From: Phoronis australis
Lineage: Eukaryota; Animalia; Phoronida
Length of the DNA stretch: 64,000 nt
Direction of reading: 5' to 3'
Assembly (NCBI GenBank): GCA_002633005.1
Contig: NMRA01000181.1
Coordinates: forward strand, 444,959 to 508,958
Shown: positions 28,401 through 40,400 of the stretch, piece after piece
Layout of the letters: each line of letters starts with the position of its first letter
How positions within the stretch are numbered: position 1 is the first letter of the stretch
Position numbers and translations under genes: made by a program
The notes under the pieces: model-generated
Seen by the model: only the letters and a program-made list of their open reading frames with translations
Told to the model about the DNA's origin: nothing
Databases searched by the model: none

Positions 28401-31400
28401 CTTTATATCCTTTTGATAATGAGCAATACAAAAGGGCCGGGTTCCTTGGACCCCCTTCTGGATCTGCGCTGTAGCGATGAATCACGTATTCAAACTGCTC
28501 TTTTTCAGGATGAGGAAAACTAACCGTCTCTGTTCCTTAGCCCTCGTAGAGCACGTGCGACCTCAGGGTTGATGGTGCCAGAAAAGTACCGCACTGTTTT
28601 AATTCGATTTCTAAGTTTCAGTATGCATTACGGAATTTTCCTATTCCGTTACAAATGCAGGGCGCTTCAAAAAGCAAATCTCGCACACAACTGTTTGCCG
28701 CTGTTGCAGAAATAGAAGCACAGTGATACTGCTACAGTACTGAGCAAATTAACTCTACTTTAATGAAACTTTCCTACAAGAAGGTCAATGCTGTCAATTT
28801 AATAATTGAATGCGGGTCATTTTAATTTTTCGACTACACAGGGATTTCTTATGCAATCACTAGTGTCTGTGTTATGGAAAGGTGATTATTCCAATGAAAT
28901 GTTATTGACACGCGTGTAGTATACAGTATTAATAAAAACTTGCCTTTTGTCACAGCTGTTAAACATCGCAACCAGCGTTTATTTAAATTGTTGCATGATT
29001 GTGCGCTTCAAACAACGAATGTAATTCTCTTACCTAATTGTTGAGAAGCTAGTAATAGTCATCTGTGTGTTGAATTTATGTCGGAAATTAAATCTGCTAC
29101 CTGAAGAATGAATTGCTTAATGATTTTTTGGCAGTTTCAACGGCAGTACCGCGCCCGAAGCAATTCACAAATAATCACGTCATTTTAAAAAACCTATGGC
29201 CCAATCTTACGCCTCTCTACTCCGATTCCAGCACGACGCACATAATATACGGAGTCGTGTTTGTAGGTCAGTGACCTGAACATAATTATTTATAAGTCAG
29301 CCACTATACGTGTTTAGGATATCAGCGGTGTTGTTACGTTGGACAGCCAGTATATGAACACGAACCCACCATGGAAACGAGATTGGCGATCCAATAGACA
29401 CGAAGCCTCGGTTAAAGCGACAAACACGACTTTGTTTAAAATTGGTATCAAAATATTCTCGAGTCAAATTAGACGTGATTTCTGGACTTGTTAAGAGTGG
29501 CAGGTCGTTCTTGCATGAGATCAGACTCTAGTTGCCGGTCATGGTCTTGAGCAATAACCAACTGGCAGTTCCTTGCGACGGAAACCAAAAATCACGTCTC
29601 ATGAGACTAAGCAACAAGTTGAGACCAATTTTACAGCCGTAATTCTTCTTAGTTTCTTCGAATGAACGTGGGTTTGATAGCCGCTTAAAGAAACTGTTTG
29701 ACATCTTTGGTAAGCCTCGGACGTTTCTTGTGTTACTCTTGTAGACACGTCCGGCCTCTTGGTGGTGAAAGGCATCAACTACAACGTGGAAACGAATGCG
29801 CGTGCGCATCATACGGACAAGTTTGAATTGACCGAGAAGCACTTTGAAGATGACCGCTGGGTGGAGCCCCAGTTGGTTATCAGACGAGGACAGGCATTCA
29901 CCATCTCGTTGACTTTCCAACGACCCTATGACATCAAAACGGACGATATATTGTTAATTTTTGATTTTGGTTTGTATTTTACATTTCATTTCTACTACAT
30001 GAATAGCTGGCATAAACTGTAACAGATGTAAAATTAAATTTTACTTACTTATCTAGAATATTCCGTAATTCTTACTTAATTACAAAGTTACTTACGTTGT
30101 ACTTTATGGCGCCGACGAGTTGGCTGATTTAAATACTAACGAATACATTGACGCAAGTGCTTAGCTCTAAACAAGTCTAGGTTCCTGGCAAAAATATTTT
30201 CAATCTTACCATGTAAAAACACGTCTAACATTTTAACTTGCATACTTCTCAAATGTCAAGACCCAAAAAGAGCAACTATGCATCAACTTCTTACATGCTG
30301 CGATGGAGTAGAATTCGTTGCTTTGATGCTTGTAACGAGTAATTTTTAAGAGCGCTTTTCCGGTCGATTTATGCTATCTAAGGTTGACCACTTTTAACAG
30401 AAGCGTCGTCCGATTAGTGCCAGGTGCGGGGAAACGTCTAAAAAACATCCCGTTTCATGCCAGTTATCAAATTATCTTTCCCAACTCCATAATTAAATAT
30501 ATTGAAATATTACCTCTGCGACTTTTTTGTGCTACTGCGGTAGAATTACACACTTGATGACTACACAATGCAAGCAGTGTCAAGCCTCTGATCACACTAG
30601 ATAACTTACTAACCAACAAGGCCATACTCTAGATTACTTCCATTGCCCCAGGAAATACTCTTTGTTAGTTTATGATCACTCGTTTATATCCAATCCATCA
30701 GTTTCATAAAGTATTTTTCGCACAACATAGTATAATAACGAGTTTATCATGTGTTTCCCCGTTTCACTAGCTAAATCACCAGAAGCAAGACTATTGTTGA
30801 ACAATGATGATCTATTCTTTTATCTAACCATTTTATTTAGCTTCACTCATTTGAAACAGTCACTTCACTGTTTCCATAAGTGTCAACAACGAGTTCACCC
30901 CCTCCTGTCTTTTGAAAGTCCAATCACAAATATGTGGGCAATCATTTCTAAAGTCAGCTGAATGTAAAAACAATGTTTTCAAATGACAGGAGATGAGCCG
31001 AACGAATACAAGGGGTCTAGTGTCCGCTTTCTCGTTTCGGCCGCGGATCTTCCTAAACAGTGGCAAGCAAAGATAACCAGATCAAGCGGAAATACCGTTG
31101 ACGTCGAGGTTGTTTCGCCGCCAAACTGTGCTGTTGGCGAATGGGACTTGCAAGTAGAAACTGTGGTCAAGGCAGCCAACGGGGAGACAAAACGACACCG
31201 ATACCTCCATAATGAAGCGGTGATCATTTTGTTTAATGCTTGGTGTAAAGGTAAGGTGACTGGAGACGTATCCATTGATTTCCTAAACCACTTTAAGGTG
31301 GTGATGGCGTAACATCATGTCTAAATCCCCTAGGTCTCATATTTACGCCAACCTCTAGCCTATTTACATTCGCACGACGCTTAGATAGGCCATTCCTCCG

Positions 31401-34400
31401 ACAATCTTCAGGCGTTAAGCGTTCTTATAGAAGAACTACATTGAATCACGGGTACCTGGTACACTCACGGTGGGCATTTGGATTCTGCTTTTCCTGGTAC
31501 ACGGTCAGGTTTGAAACTGGGACCTTTCGGTTATCAGTCCACCACTCTCTCCACTAAGCCAGCCGGGTCATCCATAAACGTCAAGGGAAATTTACTTTAC
31601 TTGCATGTTCCGTATCGCCTAAGGAGGGGTAGCCAAGTGTCGCTTGGCTGCTTGATAGGCTGACTAAAGCATTCCCGTGTATTTTCACGTGCTTAGCTCC
31701 CTCGGTTTTTTCTTTTAGTGCAGTCTGTTTCGCTGTTGAGTACCCGGATGTTATCCACTCGATGTTGTTGTTTTGACCAAATAGTGCTCTGCTACTCCTA
31801 ATGAAGGGTTGTCTTCTTTGCATTTCTTGTGTTCAACAACCCTGGGTTCCAGTGGTCTTAGGATTTCCCAAATACAGGATTCATTACATTCACAAGAGAT
31901 GTGATAGATGACGTTGCTGTTTTTCCTCATGGCTGTCTTTGGTTTAGGTTCGGTGAGTCGTAGACCCAGAGTGTCTGAGCTATGGTATATCCTTCTAATT
32001 TGGAATTTCTTGCAAACGCGTCCTAGTTTTTTAGAAAGGTAGATCATTGGTTGTGTAGGATCTTCCCTGTTTTCTCCTTTCTTTGTGATCCCATTATCGA
32101 CTAGACGAATTCTTCTGGGTAATCATTTATTTTGAATGTTCGTACCAGGTTATCCATCTCAGAGTGTTGTTGCATTGTATATTTACTTTGACTTTGATGC
32201 TAGACACTTAACACAGCACTTAACCCAGTGGTCTGTTTGGAATTGTAGTCAATGTACCGTACAGTGCAAGTCTTCGCGTAGTAGACTGATGTTTTTAATT
32301 GTCCTCAATTTCTAGTCTCCAGCACTTCTAGGAATGACAGGCTGTTGTCAGTCTCCACTTCCATCATATAGGGAATCATATGGGATGCGCTTTGCTGTTT
32401 GGGTGTTTCAGGAATGCCTTTCGATCATTCGGACGTGGCTGTGAATTTGCCATCAGCATATCGTTTCCACATTTTAGAGGGTGAAGGATAGAGGGCAATT
32501 GAGAACAGGAGTTTGATCACTCTTCCAAAAACGCTGTCACGCTTGAAGGTGACCGGAGAAATGACCAACCGAAACGTCGTGACAATATAGAGTTTGACGT
32601 AAATAGACCAATAGACGTTAGACATGACAGCTAAGTATTCTCAACATTAGCACAATGATCTAAGCTTGAGAAGAAGATTACAGAGACTTAGAAGAAATGT
32701 ATTTTTGTCCGATGCAGTCCCCTGGAATCACGTATTGGTTCTATGAAAATTCGTAGAACTGGTGCGTGAATACCTGTAACACAGCAGCATGGAGACGGGT
32801 GAAACACAACGATATGAGAACTGTGAATATTGTAGCCTAATTAACGGAACGGCAATATTTTGTTGTTTTTACATGCAGTATTCCGATTTTTATCAAGACA
32901 GAATTGTTGCTAATTGTCAAACGTTTGCACATATCATCAAAATCGTGCATCCTATAAAATGAAATTTGTACGACGTACAATTCATAAATAGAGCTAGACA
33001 GAAGACATTATTAATTTTTTGTGATTTGGTTCGTTTGAAGACGATACCGTTTATCTCGACGATGAAATCCTGCGCGAAGAGTACGTTCTGAACGACAGGG
33101 GGCGAGTGTATCAAGGTACAGCCAAGCGAATTGGCGGCAAGCCATGGAACTTTGGACAGGTACGTGTGTAACTTGTTGCACGACAGCATGTCCTAGAGCC
33201 ATGCACGTCAGTCACCATAGTACACTATCTTAATTTGGTGAGAAATTCTGTTCAGTACTTGCCTGTGATACGTTGCTATCAAGAAAACACAAAAGAACTA
33301 TAAACCATACACTGTACATTCTTGAAGGTTGCGTTCTATTTGTAGCTATGCTGGTTTTGTGGTGGCGGTAATTATGACGGTAGTTGCAGCTCGATCTTAA
33401 ACATACGAACCTCCTGACAAGGCTTACAGTTAGCTGTACTTTTACACTTTATTTTTAGTTCGAAGATTTTGTACTGAGATGTGTTCTCTGGCTGATGGAC
33501 AACAAATCGCAGCTGAAGCACAGATTTCGCGGCGACCCCGTAAAAACCGTGCGCAGAATATCAGCTATAGTAAGTCGCAGCAAAGAAAGGTTTATTCACT
33601 TGTGACGTGTTACACGCTATTATTGTCCGTAATAACAGATTGATATTTTTTCTTACCGGCAGCACACTTTATTGACTTTTAAAACGCGCGCACACCAGTG
33701 GGTGAAGTGCGGACGCACAGAGCTATCGTAGCGAGCCTCGTTTTGGAACGCGCCTCCTGTCGGCGTGAATAGGGTCTATGTGCGCGCACCTAGATGGCTC
33801 AAGGCGGTAATGCACAATGCATAGCCTTTAACAAAGCCCGTTTACCCGTTTTTTTAGTAATAAGGTCCACAAACCCAAGAGTTCAAGACCCCCTACATCC
33901 CTACATTTTGAGCTGGTTGCGCGAATGTGGCGAAATTCTGGGTTTTCCTGTGCCCTGGTCCCACCTAACTCAAAATCCTGGATCCGCCCCTGATATGTCA
34001 TATTGTACTTGCCGAGGAATCGGCGCCTGAGTTGCAGACAACATAATATTGGCAATTGTAAACTGAGACAGAACTGTCATATACCCGGTAATTAAAAGTC
34101 CTGTTCTGGATGTTACGACTGAGACCTGGTTGCATGTTAAATGTTAATCACACTGTTGCAGTTTCATAACTTTAAACTATTTTCCGAAAGTTTGATGGTC
34201 GAACCAGCTATCGACATTGACCCACCTTTTGAACTTTCCATGTCAAAGGTCGCTATTGAAGTAGTGCAGGAGGTGAATATGGAAAACATTATTACATGGC
34301 CATATTTCCCTGGACTGATTCAACGCGTATGGGATAAAAACAAAGATAGACCACTGCATTCCTGCTATTCAATATCATTCTTCACATGAACATTCTCACG

Positions 34401-37400
34401 ATGTCGTCACAGTCAACATGGTGAAACATACTTCCCTGAAATTGCCTTTACTGTGTCGCTCAGGTGAATGCCTGTGATGACAACGGTGTCCTGGAAGGAA
34501 ATTGGTCGGGCGAGTACAGTGACGGCATCAAGCCCACCAAGTGGGCAGGAAGTGTCAAGATATTGCACGAATACTGGAAAACTAAACAACCCGTCAAGTA
34601 TGGTCAGTGCTGGGTATTCTCTGGAGTGACCACTACAGGTAATGTACAGACGGACGAGTGCGGTAAAGGCAACGGATGGCTGTTTTCATTAAATGAAACT
34701 CATGAATAAATGTCCAATCTTTCTACAACTGAATAAATTGATGGCAGAAACCAGTTCACTGGCATGGGGACGTCCGTAAGCTAAGATCCGAATGTGATTA
34801 CCTCAGTGCATGACTTTATACAGCGATGCAAAACCGTCGTGTCACCAGTGCCACCTACTAATTTACAAATCGCCCGGATTGTTTGAAGGACTTACGATGC
34901 CCGGCAAAATTGAACTTGAAATGGACCGCTTCGCAAAGCCAGATTTACGATCCCGGGTACAAGTATTCATGTAAGGTTACAATTACGGCAAAATACTTTT
35001 CCAGTCAGTTTCCCAAGTAATTATGATTGCAAGCAGTCTTAGTTGAAACAATGAGATATCATTGTTTAATAAAACTGTTCCATTAATTGTTACTTTTCAT
35101 ACTCTGCTGTTAGAACGTGGAATACTGATAAAAAACGACTAAGACGATTACAATTTCATTCGCAAGACATGGTATCAATTGTGTCGTTGTAGTTTGTCGC
35201 GCCCTTGGTATACCCACTCGGAGCGTAACCAACTTCGCCTCTGCTCACGACTCCGACGGATCGATAACAATCGACTCCTTTTGGACATCTGATATGAAAC
35301 CCGATCCTACTCTGGATGGCGACTCTGTTTGGTAGGTCATAGTTAACAGTTTTACCGCATAGATATCGCGTGGTAAACAGCTTCTATCTTAAAGGGATAT
35401 ATCCAAAAATGAATATCCTAACGTTATGATTTGAGAAGTCACCAATATGATAAACAAACTCCTTAGACCAATGCGACAGCTCATCAGCAACGCGTAGTTA
35501 TAAAGCCAGCCTAGTGGAACCGCGCCATCTGACATCTTCGATCGGTCGATGTGTGTCTGTGACGTGGCAGAAATCGCTACAATGGGGTTATTTCCTTTTT
35601 ACTCACCTAAAAACCACGTGTTAGCCAAATAGTGGAACGCATTCATCAAAAAGTTATTGGTTAAATGTGAAACGACTTCAAGAATTTGGGCAAGATATTT
35701 ACCCGATGTGAATACAAAACGTTCCACAAAGCGCAAAGAAAGTGTTCATGTCGTGGGTCATTCTGAAAAATGACGGGATTATAAAAATTCATTTCATTTA
35801 GGAACTTTCATGTGTGGAACGAATCTTGGATGGCTCGACCAGATCTTCCAGCAGGAATGGGAGGATGGCAAGCGTTTGACGCCACGCCGCAAGAAACTAG
35901 TGATGGTATGCAAGGTTGACCTTTTTAATTAAAACAACCTAGTTAGGCATGCCATTGTTTATAGCTCTCACAGGTACTCGAAAGCATAAATCTTGAAAAA
36001 CGCAGCACAAACTATTTGTTTATAAACACCATTTAGGCCTAAAGGTCATGCAACGACGCCCGAGCATCTAACTGGCATCTGTGAAAGACATGATGGCTCG
36101 AAACCTTTTTAAAGATCAGCAATAACCTATTTTAAGTAGGCTATGCAGGGGCGGATCCAGGATTTTGAGTTAGGGGGGCCAGGGCAAAGGGAAAACCACA
36201 ATTTCGCCACATGCGTGTGCCCAGCCTAAAATGTAGGGATGCAGAGTGGTCTCGGATATTTGGGTTTGTAGACCTCATTACCAAAAAAAAAACGGTAATC
36301 GGGGTTTGTTCAAGGCCTATGCATTGTGCATTCGCTTCCCCAAATGGTATGTGGAAGAATTTTAGGGGGGGGGGGCATGGCCCCCTTGCCCTCCTCCCCC
36401 CCCCCTTAATCAACCACTGCTATGCACACGACCACTGTGCATCTGGCTTTCAAAGACTTCAAAACAAGCGTAAAACTTGGGTGTGACTCAACTATATCGA
36501 TGAGGTTCGCATGTAACATCAAAAGCAGCAACTTGCCATAATTATACATTGACACAACACCAGTAGAATGAATACTAGCCAGGCGTAGTAACTTCTACTA
36601 CAATTCTCTGAATCGATTTCAAATTTCCATTTAATCCACCAATATGTGTAAATGAATTCGACTGCAGCCTGCAAGTACCTTTTTGTATATGCATCTAAAT
36701 TAGTATACCAGACGAGACGGTGTGGTAATCAACCTTTGCAGCTGCATTTTGTATCCCAGGGATTTACTGCGCTGGTCCAGCACCTCTGAATGCCATCAAG
36801 CGAGGCTTGGTGACGTGCCTGTACGACGCACCCTTCATCTTTGCCGAAGTAAACGGCGACCGCGTTCACTGGGTTGAACAGAAGGGAAAGACAGAAAGGT
36901 CAAAGATCATCCAGAGGAATGTGTGGGTGTCGTAAGATCGGATAATGTCATTGTAGTCTGTACTATTGGCCTATGGTCTCAAGGTCTGAGAATAAACTAT
37001 AGTTGCTGAGACAAATATTTTCAGGGAATTTTAACCAGAATTGACATTCATGTTTGGCGTACCTGAGTAGATTCATCGGACAAAAGCAACATAAACTTTA
37101 CGTGAACTGGTCTACATTGGGTTTCAGGTGGGCTTATACAGATAGCAACGGAATTGTAACCTGAGGCGTACAAAAAGAACGTATTTCTGTGCTTCGAAGT
37201 TGTTTTACTTCTTTGGTCTAACAATCACGAGATATAAAACCGCTGTGAAGAGATAGCACTGCATCTATAAAGCAGAAAATAATGGGTGTCTTCAACTAAA
37301 AGAGGAAATAATTCAAAACCAGCAGGGAAATCTAATTTGGAAATATATGTACGACTGACAATGTTATATTTCGCGTGATTTTCAAAATAAAATGAATTTT

Positions 37401-40400
37401 GAAAGGCAGCCACAGTATAGTAGCATCGCCTGGAAACAGCCCGTCAACGACTTGGGCTTATAAACAGAAGTAGGCACAATGATTTGCGCACCTGTACACA
37501 TTGTTTTAACGTTGTAGGATCGGAAAAAACATCAGTACATACAAACCCAGAGCACTGCAAAGATCAGGGTACAACGACCACCGTCAAGACATTACTGATC
37601 AGTACAAGCACAAGGAAGGTAAGTCAGTAGAGTTGTTCAAGTTGGATCATTATCGTAATACTCTTGTGCAGAGAGAGCGCTGGAATTAATTCCTGACGCA
37701 TGTCATGAAATCTTCCCCATAATGTGAGCACATTCGTTTGGTGTTTGTTTAGAAGTTTGCTCTAGTCTTTGAGTGAGCACACAAAGTTCTAGAAGCTCAA
37801 TTTATAACGTTTCTTTTGCGTATTAGATTTTGAGTGGTCTCGCAAAGTGAAACAGATTTTGAAATCGCTGTTCGATTCTGGACGTTTATTGCCCCGCAAC
37901 AGAAGTTCTTGAGATAAGCAGTAGAACGAAGGTGCATTTTTGTCCCACTTCCCTTGATGTCATGTTGCTAACCACCTGTTACTGCACATGCTGTTTTCCC
38001 TGCATACGAAGTTACGCAACAATTAATGGCGATCTTGTCCCACCTGTCTTCTAATTCCTGTCAATTCACAACGTCAAAGTCGGAATTGCCAACTAACGGA
38101 GGAGAGACCTGCCAGATGAGGCTGCGTATTTTGTTTGGAAACCAACGAGTGGTCATGCAAAGACTGTGCGTTTGCACTGGCAACCTCAAAAAGCAAATAA
38201 AACATCGAGACACAAACATGATATTGAAGAAATACATAACTTCTTTCCAAGAAAACAGATTCACAACTCATCCTATTCATTGCAGGTTCCGAGGAAGAAA
38301 GAGCGTCCGTTTGGAGAGCAGCGTCGTGTTCAAAAGTGGGAGCTCAAGTCTACGACTGCGAATCAGAGGTACTTCTGAGTTTGGAAACCTACAATGGGTT
38401 TTGTTTAAGCACATACTGAAAAGCCTAATGAATGGAATAGACAGCATTGTAGTCAAAGTAATTAACAAGTGGTGAGTGCAGCAAGCCTCTTGACTTTTTA
38501 AAAATACGATTATAAATGCCTGAAGACTGGTAACTTGTGTTTTGGGTAATTATTCATTAGAAAAAAGACGGGATGACCACGGAGCACTGGCGAAAAGAAT
38601 AGAGAACGACACGACAGCTAGCAGCCGGCTTAAAAAAGCAATATACACTAGTACACAACACACAAACCATTTACATTACAAAATGGTACATTGCCTTTCT
38701 TTAGGACGTAACATTCAGTCTAGAAGATAAAGAGGAAGTGATCTATGGTAAACAATTCGACATCGAAATTAAAGTGAAGAATACAACCAAACAGAAAAGA
38801 TCAATCACTATGATCGTAAACGTTGCGTCGGCAAAGTACACAGGACAGCGTCAAAATGAAGTGTGCCACAAAGAGTTTCAGTTTACTTTGCAACCAGGCG
38901 AGGGTAAGAAAGTTGCAGATAAAAATGAAAGAGGTTTCTTTCCGTCTATCTATCTCTTCTTTAAATTCACACTTGAAATCGAGTATTCCGAAGTGGTTCT
39001 TGTTCATTTCCTAGCATACATTCATTAGTAAGACCGAGCTCAGAGGAGTAGGAGACCCACTTTTGTGCAATGCACTTTGCCTGCCAGTAAAGCCAGGATT
39101 CCAACCGGGGTCTCCCAAACGGGAGAGAGGAGCTCAAACCACTGAGCCACACTGTTTGGTTCACACGAACTTGTGAAATTTATCCAAGTTAAAAGATCTT
39201 TTACAAAAAAAACGTTCAGCTCCGACCACGTTGCTGTTTCACGTCATGTAAAGAGCTCGATAATTGCTTAGTTTGGAGGGTACTGGACATGTTGGATTGT
39301 CTCTCAAGGAGTGAAGGTTAAGCATCCTTTAAGGTACAATTTATCGACCCCGATTTTTTCCGAGCATCACAAACGGGTAACTTCGAATTCTTGCAACTCG
39401 TAACGAGGTTAAAAGCGCATATCAACCAATTTCCCGCCTATATCGCTTCCCGACCTCAGCATGCTAATATAAGGCAAGTAACAGACATCAGATAAGGACT
39501 GAGTTGAAGAGAATCTCATACAAGAGTCGTTTTGATGAATGCTGCTACTCGTTGGCGAACACAGTGTCTTCGGGTAACTCGAAGATTTAGTCCAGCAGAC
39601 AGAAATGGGTACCTAGAAATGCTTGGTAGTGTTAGTTTTTTGTTTGTTTCAAGTCTGGGAGCACCTCTGACGCTGGGTTGTAATCATGACAAAATTTTCT
39701 AAACATGCAAACCAAGGTCGTCATTATGCAAAATTCTGTTTTTGCTTATATCGTACTTTCCAAGCACTGTAGGTAGATTATTTTAATGTTTTCTCACATG
39801 TTTCTATGGTCAGTGAATTTAATGGACCTACTTTCCAGGTAGATGCATCGAGAACTTGCAACCATGATTGAAAATTCTACTTGTCCGTATTGCTGCTGGT
39901 ATCAGGCACCACACGCTCATAAATTATATTGATTCTGCATCCAAGTTTCTTGTTTCTAAAACAAGTTTGCAGGTTTTTGCATGATGAATTTATGCATTTA
40001 ATGACCACCATTATTAAAATTCCGTTGCTCAGAATTCTGTTTCTGCTCACGCAAACTTCCTTGCACTCATTTTTGTTGTCGGTGAATTTAACCGAATCAG
40101 TTTGCAGGTCATTACTCCATAAATTCGCATAATTTACATAATTCCAGACCACAAACAGTATTTTGGATCACCATGTTGGTTACACAAATCTGGATGGTTA
40201 ATTTGAAGTTCGGGAGACATTTGATGACTGCACCATCTGAAACAAGATCTGAAGTGAGCCGTTCGTGTGGAGAACAGTGTTTTAACGAAGTCACCAAGAC
40301 CATGCATCCGCATACTCATATACATACGTAGCTTTACCTTCGCTCCTGATTTGCTTGAACAACTACAGCATCAGGATTAACAAACTTTAAAGATTTATTT

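Noticed and set aside
29366-29397. Perfect Kozak CCACCATGG as transglutaminase start
   Set aside because: That frame stops after 8 codons (METRLAIQ*); the compatible frame starts at ATG 29354.
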